A stretch of 64,000 nucleotides of DNA from a bacterium (lineage in GTDB: Bacteria; Patescibacteriota; Minisyncoccia; Phycocordibacterales; CAIZLB01): positions 152,424 through 216,423 of the forward strand of contig JANOAN010000013.1 of assembly GCA_031411135.1 (NCBI GenBank), given 5' to 3'. Position 1 is the stretch's first letter; each line of letters begins with the position of its first letter. Shown one piece after another: positions 1 to 9,330 of this stretch. The position numbers were made by a program, and so were the translations under genes. The notes under the pieces are model-generated. The model ran no database searches. It worked only from the letters and a program-made list of their open reading frames with translations, and was not told the DNA's origin.

Positions 1-845
1 CGCGAGTGGTGAATCCAAATAAACCGGCAAAGTAGGCGTATGCTGTCTTTCAAAAAATTCATTAAAATAAAATAGAAGTTCTTGAGTCTTTTCCAAAGAA
101 AAAGCAGGGATCAATAGTGTGCCTTTAGTCCTTTCAATATCAAGCACTACTTGCTTTAGCTTTTCCACACGCTCGTCGCGTGCTTCATGATTCTTGTCCC
201 CGTACACGCTCTCCATTACCATGTAATCCGCATCGTCTATTACTTCAGTATCTCGCAACAACGGACTTGGTGTATTACCCAAATCCCCCGTAAATACAAT
301 TTTGCGCTTTCCATCCACAGCAGGTCCAGTATAAGTCACTTCCCACATAGTCGAACCCAAAACATGCCCTGCATCCTTGCCGTACACAGAAAATCCTGGA
401 AAAACTTCCATATTCTTGTGATACTCCAAAGTCTTCCATATGGAAAGCGCTTTTTTAACATCCTGCTCTTCATACATTGGGTCCTCATGCTTTTTCTCAG
501 CATCATGTAAAGACAACTTCAAAGCATCGGCCAACATATACACCGCCAATTCATAAGTTTCAGGGGTCGAGTAAATCACACCATTAAATCCATCACGAAC
601 TAACTTTGGAATTCGCCCAATGTGGTCCATATGGGCATGGGTGATAAACAGCACTTCAATTGATGCAGGGTCGTAGGTAAACTTACTATGATTAAAATCG
701 TGTGATTCTTGGGTTCCTTGTTCAAGACCACAATCAAAGGCGATTTTTCGCTCTTTTCCGTTAGTGTCTGGTCCGGTTAATATAAAGTTTGCCCCCGTGA
801 CAGATCCTACTCCTCCGCAGAATGATATTGATAGTTTACTCATTG
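1..845 (-). CDS. MBL-fold metallo-hydrolase (partial; C-terminus runs off window edge)
   Basis: Minus-strand translation from ATG at 843-845 gives MSKLSISFCGGVGSVTGANF...ITHAHMDHIG (HxHxDH metallo-beta-lactamase motif). No stop before the window edge. Confidence 0.7.
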
Positions 846-1231
846 ATTTTTTTATTACTAATCTTATCCCATGCTAAGTAAACCACCAAACCCCCTATCA
901 TATCCATCAATATATCCTTCGTAGAGTCCAGCATGTAATCTGGAATGAGCTGTGCCACTTTAAAATAAAATTCAATTATTTCCCAAATAAAGCCAAGTCC
1001 AAAAGAAAAGATCAGGGCGTAAATCCAAGGTATACTGTAATCCTTTCTCCACCAAGAAAAAACGATGTAAGCCACCCAACTAATCAATGCCCCTCCGATA
1101 AAATGCATTGGTAAATCTAGCCATCTATAGATCCAGTAAAGTGAAAGTTCTGCTGCGAAATTATTAAAAATAAACAAAACAATCAGTAAGAAGGTCACAA
1201 TATATAGTTGATCTCTAAGGTTTTTTTGCAT
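836..1231 (-). CDS. small integral membrane protein (hypothetical, 4 predicted TM helices)
   Basis: 131-aa ORF, strongly hydrophobic with aromatic-rich helices. An intrinsic terminator lies about 20 nt upstream of its start. Confidence 0.5.
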   Translation of the reverse strand: MQKNLRDQLYIVTFLLIVLFIFNNFAAELSLYWIYRWLDLPMHFIGGALISWVAYIVFSWWRKDYSIPWIYALIFSFGLGFIWEIIEFYFKVAQLIPDYMLDSTKDILMDMIGGLVVYLAWDKISNKKINE

Positions 1232-1246
1232 AGAGACATTATATCA

Positions 1247-1280
1247 AATTAAAACACCTCGATGGACGTCGAGGGGTTTT
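1247..1280 (-). terminator. intrinsic terminator hairpin immediately upstream of the membrane-protein start (possible attenuator)
   Basis: cctcga-tggacg-tcgagg stem. On the minus strand it is followed by a T-run (tgttttaatttg). Confidence 0.5.
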
Positions 1281-1502
1281 AATTCGGATCACCTAATGTA
1301 ATTGAACCTAGTTTAATCTAGGTGGGTGCTCTGCAGTGAAGGCTCAAAGCCGTCACTGACGTGAGTTCCCTTTTTATAAAATTGTAGATCAATTACAGAT
1401 AAATGATCCTGATATAATTATATTCCTTTCTTTTTTCTTGCAAACTTACCTAAACGTAAATTTTGTTTTATTATCACGCCTGAAGTAAGCCACTTTAAAA
1501 CA

Positions 1503-2081
1503 CTAGTACAAAACACCCTCACGTAGCAACGTATAATCGATGATTTCATTTTCAGAAAACCAGTGTTTGATTTCATCTTCAGCTTCTTTGACTGATCCAG
1601 AGGCGTGAACGAGGTTTCGGATTGGTCGATTGTCGTTATCGGAAAGCTGATATGAATCGTGTACATAATCACCACGAATTGTACCCACTTCTGATTTCAA
1701 AGGTTCAGTTCCTCCTGTAATTTTTCTAACGATTGATACAGCATGTGCGCCTTCCCAGACCATAACGAGGATGGGGCCGGCGGCCATGTAGGATTTTAAT
1801 TTTTTAAGTAGTGCGTTTGTCACCTCTAGTGGATCATTTAATGGAGGAGTAAGTCCTTTATCTAAATAACCTTTGATTGTTTTTTCTCCAGTGATTTTTC
1901 TCCATTCTGGGTCGAGGGTGTAGTGTTTTTCAATCATGTCTTCGGTAGCGACTAGCATTTTGGCTGCGACAATTTTAAGCCCTACCCTTTCGTATCGCTG
2001 GATTATTTCGCCGATTAAGTTTCGTTGAATGCCGTCTGGTTTGATGATGATGAGGGTTCTTTCGTGTTTTGGGTGTTGCAT
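1503..2081 (-). CDS. ndk: nucleoside diphosphate kinase
   Basis: MQHPKHERTLIIIKPDGIQRNLIGEII...NLVHASGS is a typical NDK. Start re-assigned to the internal ATG at 2079-2081 (the track ORF has a 29-aa spurious extension). Confidence 0.9.
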   Translation of the reverse strand: MQHPKHERTLIIIKPDGIQRNLIGEIIQRYERVGLKIVAAKMLVATEDMIEKHYTLDPEWRKITGEKTIKGYLDKGLTPPLNDPLEVTNALLKKLKSYMAAGPILVMVWEGAHAVSIVRKITGGTEPLKSEVGTIRGDYVHDSYQLSDNDNRPIRNLVHASGSVKEAEDEIKHWFSENEIIDYTLLREGVLY

Positions 2082-2155
2082 GGGGGTATTATAACATGAT
2101 TTTATATCTTGACTTTTTAAATCAAGTTTATTAATATTCAAATGTATTTCTACTG

Positions 2156-2199
2156 AAAAGCACTGCATGAGGTTTCGTCCTTATGTGGTGCTTTTCTTA
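2156..2199 (-). terminator. intrinsic terminator downstream of the T4SS-type ATPase gene
   Basis: Imperfect 12-bp stem (gcactgcatgagg / ccttatgtggtgc) followed by a T-run on the minus strand. Confidence 0.45.
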
Positions 2200-2218
2200 T
2201 TTATATTCAAGTTTATCA

Positions 2219-5074
2219 CTACCCAAACGGGTTCACCTTCGGTGCTGGTGCCACCGGATCCTTTCTATACTTCTTCATCACTTCCGTCTCAATCTCCTCT
2301 CTATTTCTTCCAAGCTTCAACCCTGAAAGCTCCTTCAACTTGTCTGCAATATCAGGATCTCCCTTATCAGGCCATGTAAATTCAATATTAAAAGGTCGAA
2401 CAGGCTTACCCCCTGAAAGCATTCTGAGGTAACAATTCATATTGTCGTTGTTCATAATATCGTTCGCCGTAAAAACAGGCTCAAATTGTTTCTGTAAAAA
2501 TTCTGCATCTTCAGAACCTACTCTGAATACCGCCATTGAACCGACGTTTCCAAAGACCGCATCTTTGATTTTTTCATCCAATTGTGCGATGAATTGGTGA
2601 GCGATATTTAAAGAAAGTTTATATTTTCGTGCCTCTGACAAAATGGTTGAAATCGAAGGAGTAGTGATGTTTTGGAACTCGTCGATATATAGGTAGAAAG
2701 GATTCATGTGTTTACCGAATGAATCTACTCGAGAAAGTGCTGCCATTAAAATCTTTCCTACAAGAATAAGACCGATCAAAGACGCGTTGATATCTCCCAA
2801 TCTTCCCTTCGCAAGATTCACAAGGAGAATTTTCTTACTGTCCATAATATCTCTGAAATCAAATGATGATTTTTCTTGCGCGATAATAGGGCGCATAATG
2901 TCGTTTGCTAGGAACACGTCGAATTTGCTGACGATATAAGGCACAATGTTGGCTAGTGATCCTTCCCCACCTGCCTTTTCAGCAATCTCCTTCCAAAATT
3001 GAACAATGATAGGATTTTTACATTTTGAAACCTTCATATCACGGAAGCTTTTCACTGAAAGCACTCGAGAAACTTCCAACAATGTTGATCCACTCTCAGG
3101 ATCTTCAATAACCAACATAGCAGCATTTCTAAAATATTGCTCGAACATTGGACCCATTGATTCTGGATTTGCACCATAGAGCTTTTGGAAAATACTAAAT
3201 AATTCATTTACAACAAAGATTTTTTGATCTGGGAACGAATGGTTGTATTCAAGCATGTTTAATGCCATCGGCCGATCAGTATTTGAAGGGTCAAAATAAA
3301 TCACATCATCATAACGCTCTGGTGGAATATGGGCCAAAATCTCTTGAACATCGGATCCGTGCGGGTCAATAAAGCACACACCATCACCATTTTTAATATC
3401 TTGAATAATCATATTTCGAAGCATTGTCGATTTACCAGTACCTGTCTGTCCAATTGCATAGAAATGTCTGAGGCGATCTTCCGGAGTAATAAAAATATCA
3501 GTCGTCAGATTGCGATGTTTATTTTTACCAAGGAATAGGCCATCCTTTGAAAGCCCGAGTGGAGCAGGCGCTGTCCCTGCCTTTGATTGTTTCAATTGAG
3601 GCGAATTGCTCTGCCCCACTGGGAAATGCACCAATGAAGTTAGTTCTCGAATCGAAGTCGGTAATGCACATTCAGAAACGAAATCACGGTAGGTAAAGTG
3701 ATGTAACGTATCGATCAAATCCGATTTCTTCTGACGCTTGAATTCCAAAGTGTTCCCGAGCGAATTTTGGAACTGATTAAAAGCTGATTCAATATCGGCC
3801 AAGATCGCTTCCGCTCTCATGCCATTTTCAGCACTCGCAACAATGCGAATATTTGATTCAATAACAGGGGTCGCTAATTTTAATTTGATTTGTTCGGATG
3901 TAATTTGATCCACTACCTGTTCCTTTTCCTTATTTTTTTCCTTTTCCTCCTGCTTTTCAGAACTAAATATTTCCTTGGCAAAATCTTCTCCGCTTTCTTT
4001 GACTGCTTTTGTGAATTCACCCCATAATGTATGCCTAATATCTAATGCCTTGTTAACCTTAGTACCCTTTTGAATTTCATCCAAAGCTTCCTTATAGAGC
4101 TTTACATAGTAATCCCCCATTGGATTAATTACGATTTGAACCGCAGCGCCCTCCCCGTCTTTTTTGATCTTTGAAAGTGTATTCAAGAGCACGTTCAATG
4201 GGTCGTAATCAAACTGATCATAAGTTTTTATAGGATAAATCGGGTTTTTAGATTGCTTGGCAATACTGGCAACTGACACTCCATCAGTATTAAAAACATT
4301 GTAGTCATCTTTTTTCTCGGCAATTTTGGCATTCGGAAAAATCGAAAGAATCTGTTTTTCAAAAAGCGCGGTTTTATCATCTGGAATTGAAACATAAAAA
4401 ATAAATTCTTCACTACCCTCAGAAACCGCCAGCTCAATCGTAAAGTGATTATTACTGTGCCCCGCTTCATTTGAAAGATCTGCGGTTGAAAGCATACCTG
4501 CATAAAATTGCTCCATCGATGAAAGCATTTCTTTCAGTTGTTTTTCTTTGTCTTCTTTTTTAGTTTCAGGAAGAGCCACTTCGTACAAAGTATGTCGCAA
4601 AGTCCTGTCAAGCGGCGTTTTTTCCTTTAAACCCTTTACGTCAAAACCTTTTTTGATGTACTCAACAATGAAACGGTGGAAGTCGTCATCAATATGAGGA
4701 TTCCCGAGGTGACGGATAATATCAATCGTGTTTTTGATACCTTTTTCATTAAGCAGAGAAAGCAGCTCTTCAATTTTTTTATCATGAGTTTCAGGGGTTA
4801 GTTCAAGTACAATTTCTTTTTTCTCAGTATCTGGAGTTTTGAAAGATTCATGAAGGACCCTGCTTGCATCATGTTTGGTGTAGTCTTTAATTTCTTCTTC
4901 AATGATTTTCTCACGCTCAAACTTCTCCCCTCTTTCGGTTGCAGTATTTTCACGCTCCGCGACCACTTTGCGTAAATAATTTAACTCCTCCTCGGCAGAA
5001 GTAAATTGTTTATTGTCATATGAAAAATGTTCTTGTTCTTTCATTTTTAGGCCTTTTAAACTATTATACTCCAT
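2219..5074 (-). CDS. large P-loop ATPase of the type IV secretion / conjugation family (VirD4/TraD- or VirB4-like), with long charged N-terminal region
   Basis: Walker A GQTGTGKST; CFIDPHGSD...YFDPSN; YLYIDEFQN; ARKYKLSLNIAHQ. These are characteristic of TraG/VirD4/VirB4-type DNA/protein translocation ATPases. 951 aa. Confidence 0.55.
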   Translation of the reverse strand: MEYNSLKGLKMKEQEHFSYDNKQFTSAEEELNYLRKVVAERENTATERGEKFEREKIIEEEIKDYTKHDASRVLHESFKTPDTEKKEIVLELTPETHDKKIEELLSLLNEKGIKNTIDIIRHLGNPHIDDDFHRFIVEYIKKGFDVKGLKEKTPLDRTLRHTLYEVALPETKKEDKEKQLKEMLSSMEQFYAGMLSTADLSNEAGHSNNHFTIELAVSEGSEEFIFYVSIPDDKTALFEKQILSIFPNAKIAEKKDDYNVFNTDGVSVASIAKQSKNPIYPIKTYDQFDYDPLNVLLNTLSKIKKDGEGAAVQIVINPMGDYYVKLYKEALDEIQKGTKVNKALDIRHTLWGEFTKAVKESGEDFAKEIFSSEKQEEKEKNKEKEQVVDQITSEQIKLKLATPVIESNIRIVASAENGMRAEAILADIESAFNQFQNSLGNTLEFKRQKKSDLIDTLHHFTYRDFVSECALPTSIRELTSLVHFPVGQSNSPQLKQSKAGTAPAPLGLSKDGLFLGKNKHRNLTTDIFITPEDRLRHFYAIGQTGTGKSTMLRNMIIQDIKNGDGVCFIDPHGSDVQEILAHIPPERYDDVIYFDPSNTDRPMALNMLEYNHSFPDQKIFVVNELFSIFQKLYGANPESMGPMFEQYFRNAAMLVIEDPESGSTLLEVSRVLSVKSFRDMKVSKCKNPIIVQFWKEIAEKAGGEGSLANIVPYIVSKFDVFLANDIMRPIIAQEKSSFDFRDIMDSKKILLVNLAKGRLGDINASLIGLILVGKILMAALSRVDSFGKHMNPFYLYIDEFQNITTPSISTILSEARKYKLSLNIAHQFIAQLDEKIKDAVFGNVGSMAVFRVGSEDAEFLQKQFEPVFTANDIMNNDNMNCYLRMLSGGKPVRPFNIEFTWPDKGDPDIADKLKELSGLKLGRNREEIETEVMKKYRKDPVAPAPKVNPFG

Positions 5075-5088
5075 TATTTTACGAAGGG

Positions 5089-5340
5089 CTAAGGAAAAGT
5101 GTAGTAAACGCCCTTTTTAACACCATGTTTGATTATTAGTTTTCTTTTAACTAATAATCCCAGCAATCTGACAATAAATTGACGCGATACATTAAAATGA
5201 TTAGAAATTTCTCGAGTTGTTACTATAAAACCATCTGGTAACTCACAAAAGCTTTTAAAGCTTTTGTCATTTTGAAGATTTCTATGAATTACATACATTT
5301 TCTTAATATGTTCATAAATACTATATTCAGATAAAAGCAT
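5089..5340 (-). CDS. small HTH-type DNA-binding protein (hypothetical regulator)
   Basis: 83-aa ORF. The segment REISNHFNVSRQFIVRLLGLLVKRKLIIKH looks like a winged-helix recognition helix. It sits directly downstream of the TTGWCAA palindrome locus. Confidence 0.4.
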   Translation of the reverse strand: MLLSEYSIYEHIKKMYVIHRNLQNDKSFKSFCELPDGFIVTTREISNHFNVSRQFIVRLLGLLVKRKLIIKHGVKKGVYYTFP

Positions 5341-5456
5341 AGATTTGGTGGATTATTTATTAAATTATCAAAATTATAGACAACATTGATTAAGCATAAA
5401 TAAAAATTTATATAAATTTATTTTAATTAAAAAACCAAGGAACATAGCAAGATTTC

Positions 5457-5551
5457 ACCCATTGTCAAAAAGTTGTCAAAGAAATACGGGTGCATTTACA
5501 TTTTTTGACAACTGTTTGACAACTTATTGACAACTTATTGACAATGGGCGA
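5457..5551. promoter_or_regulatory. palindromic motif locus 1: tcaCCCATTGTCAA ... TTGACAATGGGCGAC with internal TTGACAA repeats
   Basis: Inverted repeat with -35-like TTGACA cores facing outward. A near-identical arm pair recurs at 25534-25613. Confidence 0.45.
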
Positions 5552-5552
5552 C

Positions 5553-5693
5553 TCAGGACACATCACTTTCAACCATCAATTCATCCATAAAAACTGCAGG
5601 TAGATTTGTTTTCTCTGCCAGTTTTCTTGTAAAAGTAGATTTACCCGAAGCACTCACCCCAACTACCACAATTTTATTTCCTAAATTTTTCAT
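5553..5693 (-). pseudogene. truncated N-terminal fragment of a P-loop NMP/adenylate-kinase-like gene
   Basis: Minus-strand ATG at 5691-5693 gives MKNLGNKIVVVGVSASGKSTFTRKLAEKTNLPAVFMDELMVESDVS followed by TGA. That is a Walker-A kinase N-terminus of only 46 aa, and no continuation exists in any frame. Confidence 0.4.
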
Positions 5694-5695
5694 CT

Positions 5696-6478
5696 CTATA
5701 AAGTAAGTATCTCCACCCCATCCTCCGTAATCGCCACGGTATGTTCAAAATGACAACTCCTTTTTCCATCAACTGTTTTATAAGTAAATCCATCATTAGA
5801 AACCATAATCGCACCCTTACCTTCATTCAAAATCGGCTCAATGGCAATAACCATTCCTGCCTTCAAAGCGACCCCTTGCCCCTTTCTACCATAATTTGGA
5901 ATAAATGGATCTTCGTGAACATGCTTACCCACCCCGTGTCCTCCTAAATGTTCTGCAAATTCAAAAACTTTCCCTTGGCTCGCCTTTTTCATAGCTTGTT
6001 CAATAGCAAAACCAATATCCCCCGTTTTGACCCCCGGCTTGCAAACACTAATCCCTGCATCTAATGCAATTTTACAAGCTGATAACATTACCTTTGCTGT
6101 TGAATCGGCCTTGTCGATTCCACCAACAATCACAGTCACCGCTGAATCTAAAACCATCTTTTTATAAATAATTCCCATATCGATCGAAACCATATCTCCA
6201 TCTCGCAAAATTCTTCCTCCTGGAATTCCATGTACAATTTCCTCATTTACCGAAACACAAAGACATGCCGGAAAAGGAAACGGTGCCCCTGCTGGTTGAT
6301 AATTCAAAAACGCTGGGATCACGTCATTCTTTTTACACAATTCTGCGGCTTTGTCATTTAAATCTGCCGCAGTTACACCTGCAACTGTTGCTTTTTCAAG
6401 ATCACGAAGAATATCAGCCAGGATTTTCCCGCCTTTTCGCATAAGTTCTATTTCTTTTTCGGTCTTGATGTAAATCAT
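5696..6478 (-). CDS. map: type I methionine aminopeptidase
   Basis: 260 aa with MAP fold motifs (HGIPG, metal-ligand D/H/E pattern). Conserved position after adk. Confidence 0.9.
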   Translation of the reverse strand: MIYIKTEKEIELMRKGGKILADILRDLEKATVAGVTAADLNDKAAELCKKNDVIPAFLNYQPAGAPFPFPACLCVSVNEEIVHGIPGGRILRDGDMVSIDMGIIYKKMVLDSAVTVIVGGIDKADSTAKVMLSACKIALDAGISVCKPGVKTGDIGFAIEQAMKKASQGKVFEFAEHLGGHGVGKHVHEDPFIPNYGRKGQGVALKAGMVIAIEPILNEGKGAIMVSNDGFTYKTVDGKRSCHFEHTVAITEDGVEILTL

Positions 6479-6491
6479 TACCTATACCCTA

Positions 6492-7103
6492 CTATAAATA
6501 CTTCACGAGTCCAACCGCCTTCATAATGTCCTTCTTTACATCTTCAATTGGCTGTTCTCCGTTGATTCTACAGTAAGCAACTCTGTCGCTCTTACGATAG
6601 TGCTCCAAAACTGGTTCTACGTCTGTTTCATACCATTTCAAGCGTCTTCCTATGGCCTCTATAGCCTTATCATCGGCTCTATGACGCGCTTTAAGGCGTT
6701 CTTCCGCCCATTCCCGACTTACGTCCATGTGTACAATTAAGGGCTTGGTAAAGCTGTAAAAACCGAAGGAGGTGTCGATTACCCCCGCCTCAATAATCGA
6801 ACGAGGTGTTCCGTCCAATACCACATGCTGGCCTTTTTTTAACTGAGTTACAAACAAGTGAGTCCACATCCAAACTGCCAAGAAATCTGGCTGGCGACGT
6901 CCGTCCGTAGCATATTCTTTTGCAAGCTCATTCGTATAGCCAGACTGCTTTGTAAATTCTCGAAAAGCATCCCCTGTTTGCAAGTAAAACACTCCCGCTT
7001 CTTTAAAATCTGGGTGCTCTAGAAACAGTTTGTGAATCGCTTCTGATTGGGTACTTTTTCCGCAGCCGGATCGTCCGATGAAGATGATGGTTTGTTGGGG
7101 CAT
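6492..7103 (-). CDS. adk: adenylate kinase family protein
   Basis: P-loop IGRSGCGKST and NMP-binding YLQTGDAFREF (compare ISTGDMLR). Sits at the secY-adk-map position. Confidence 0.7.
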   Translation of the reverse strand: MPQQTIIFIGRSGCGKSTQSEAIHKLFLEHPDFKEAGVFYLQTGDAFREFTKQSGYTNELAKEYATDGRRQPDFLAVWMWTHLFVTQLKKGQHVVLDGTPRSIIEAGVIDTSFGFYSFTKPLIVHMDVSREWAEERLKARHRADDKAIEAIGRRLKWYETDVEPVLEHYRKSDRVAYCRINGEQPIEDVKKDIMKAVGLVKYL

Positions 7104-7108
7104 TTGGG

Positions 7109-7996
7109 TTAGTTGTTTTCAGTTTCTTTACTATCCAGTTTAGGTTTAGAATCTTCTTTTATTGTACCCAAGCCCGATACAAATTTGGTAAATTTTTCCC
7201 AGAAAGAAGGTAACTTCTCGCTTCCCTTTTGGATGTTTATACTTTCTGGTTTTTTCATTTGACTTGCAATCTTTTGCTTAATTTCTTCTGCCCTCTTCTC
7301 AGCCACTTTTTTTTCATTCTCAACCTTTGCCAAATCTTTAAACCACTTGTCTATTTCCCGCCTGCTTGAATCGTCTGTTTGTATATCTCGCATCTCATGC
7401 TTGTTCGCGTCTTGTGCCTCTTGAATGTATGTCTTTTTCTTATTTTCAAATTTAGCGCGCTGTTCCTGACGCAGATGTTTTTCAGGACGATGAATATTTA
7501 CCTGTTCCTTCTTGGGAATCTTCTCCTTTTTTTCTAAGACTACCTTTGGTGCTTCAGGTACTTTCTCTACTGGTGCTGAGCGAGGAACAACAACTTCCGG
7601 TTCTTTAATTTCTGCAACTACAGGTTCTGGTACTTCTTCTGCAGGCTGATGCTGAGCCATAATTTCAGGAAGATCTTTTAAAGTTGCTCCCGCGTTAATA
7701 TAACCTTCTCCTTTTTCGTTTTCTCCCATTCCTAAAGCCTCTACTGCTGCCTTCATCTCTTCTGCTGTTACAGGAGTTTCCTTTACAGTCTCAACTGCCC
7801 CTGCAGACTCTTCTTTATCTATGGATTCTTCTGCTACTGCCTCAGCGACACTCATTGGCTCTGCATCCGAAGCTCGAAATTGCTTCTTAGATTTCTTCTT
7901 TTTACTTTCGTTAAATGGTTTTTCTAATTCTGGGACTTCAAATTTCATTTTCATATACACCAATTCTAAACAACCACCTCCACTTTGTCCATCCAC
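7109..7996 (-). CDS. Lys/Glu-rich low-complexity hypothetical protein
   Basis: 295-aa ORF between secY and adk, highly charged (KE repeats). The true start may be MKMKFEV at about 7954. Confidence 0.45.
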   Translation of the reverse strand: MDGQSGGGCLELVYMKMKFEVPELEKPFNESKKKKSKKQFRASDAEPMSVAEAVAEESIDKEESAGAVETVKETPVTAEEMKAAVEALGMGENEKGEGYINAGATLKDLPEIMAQHQPAEEVPEPVVAEIKEPEVVVPRSAPVEKVPEAPKVVLEKKEKIPKKEQVNIHRPEKHLRQEQRAKFENKKKTYIQEAQDANKHEMRDIQTDDSSRREIDKWFKDLAKVENEKKVAEKRAEEIKQKIASQMKKPESINIQKGSEKLPSFWEKFTKFVSGLGTIKEDSKPKLDSKETENN

Positions 7997-8000
7997 ACAA

Positions 8001-8036
8001 AAGAAAAAGCTCTCCGTAGAGAGCTTTTTCTTTAAT
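8001..8036 (-). terminator. intrinsic terminator downstream of secY
   Basis: aaaagctctc-cgta-gagagctttt stem with a T-run on the minus strand. Confidence 0.5.
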
Positions 8037-8049
8037 AACTTTATATATC

Positions 8050-9321
8050 TTAATACTCCTCCATCGACAACTGCGCGTTCACTTTCTTGATTGTATCCAT
8101 CACAACCGATACTACGATTAGAAGGGCTGTACCTCCAACAGTTAGAGCCTGAATACCTGTAAGGGCGTGGACGATTACCGGAAGAACCGCGATCAAACCT
8201 AGAAATAGTGCTCCTACAAGAGTGATTCTTGTAACCACATGTGACAAGTACTGCATAGTTGACTCACCTGGGCGAATACCTGAAATAAAAGCGCCATTCT
8301 TTTGTAAGTTTTCAGAAATACTCTTTGGATCGAAAGTTACTGATGTGTAGAAGAACGTGAACAGAACTACAAGTACGAAGTACGCTCCTGCGTAGAACCA
8401 TGTGTTCTGCATCAAAGCAGAGAGATTAGCTGACCAAGTGTTTATAAAGGCATACTTAGTATTAGTTAGGAGAGAAAGAATCATCTGAGGGAACAACAAG
8501 ATTGAAATAGCAAAGATGATTGGAATAACTCCAGCTTGGTTAAGTCGAAGTGGTAGATATGTTGGAACCCCTGCCCCACCGCCATGCATTTGTTTTGTAT
8601 AAGTAACCGGAATTGGACGTTCTGCTTCTGTAACAAGAACCACGAAGTAGATAACCAGTAATCCTAATACGGCTGCCACTATGATTGTTGGGATCTGTGA
8701 AGCATCCAAAATAGAGCTTTGAACCTGCGTGATCATCTTAGGTAACGAGGCTACGATACCGGCAAAAATAATTGTTGAGATACCGTTTCCGATACCGAAT
8801 TCTGTTGCTAACTCTCCAAGCCACATAACCAAAACTGAACCTGCTACTATAATAGCCACGTTAGTTAGCATCTGGAACGGAGGAATATTCGCAGGGATTA
8901 CATCACTTCTTTGGAGAAGGATGATGTAACTAAAGGCCTGAATAATAGCCAAAGGAATAGTAAGCATTCGAGAATACTGCGTGAATTTCTTTCGTCCTTC
9001 TGCTCCACCTTCCTGTTGCATTTCCTTTAGTTTTGGGAAAATCATAGTCATCAACTGGATGATGATCGTTGATGTTATGTAAGGCCCAACTCCGAGCATA
9101 ATAATAGAAAGACTAGAAAGTCCACTTCCCGAGAAGAGACTAATAAGACTTAGGAATTGGTTACTATTGAAAAAGGCTGCCAATTTATCAGTTGGAATAC
9201 CTGGAACTGGGACATGAGAAAGGAATCGGTATACAACTAGAACACCGATAACAAATAGAATTCTATTCCTTAGGTTTTTGTTTAGAAATACCCTTTTAAG
9301 TTTATCTATGAATGTTGACAT
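8050..9321 (-). CDS. secY: preprotein translocase subunit SecY
   Basis: 423 aa, 10-TM SecY pattern, and conserved position after rplO. Confidence 0.95.
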   Translation of the reverse strand: MSTFIDKLKRVFLNKNLRNRILFVIGVLVVYRFLSHVPVPGIPTDKLAAFFNSNQFLSLISLFSGSGLSSLSIIMLGVGPYITSTIIIQLMTMIFPKLKEMQQEGGAEGRKKFTQYSRMLTIPLAIIQAFSYIILLQRSDVIPANIPPFQMLTNVAIIVAGSVLVMWLGELATEFGIGNGISTIIFAGIVASLPKMITQVQSSILDASQIPTIIVAAVLGLLVIYFVVLVTEAERPIPVTYTKQMHGGGAGVPTYLPLRLNQAGVIPIIFAISILLFPQMILSLLTNTKYAFINTWSANLSALMQNTWFYAGAYFVLVVLFTFFYTSVTFDPKSISENLQKNGAFISGIRPGESTMQYLSHVVTRITLVGALFLGLIAVLPVIVHALTGIQALTVGGTALLIVVSVVMDTIKKVNAQLSMEEY

Positions 9322-9330
9322 ATAGTTAGA

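Noticed and set aside
187-510. 107-aa plus-strand ORF
   Set aside because: Lies antisense within the minus-strand MBL-hydrolase gene (1..845), which has clear HxHxDH motifs. Hydrophobic junk composition.
1290-1380. Possible SRP (4.5S) or 6S RNA in the ndk-membrane-protein intergenic region
   Set aside because: No GGAA/GNRA domain-IV motif or other family consensus could be recognised. It is treated only as a candidate cis-regulatory leader.
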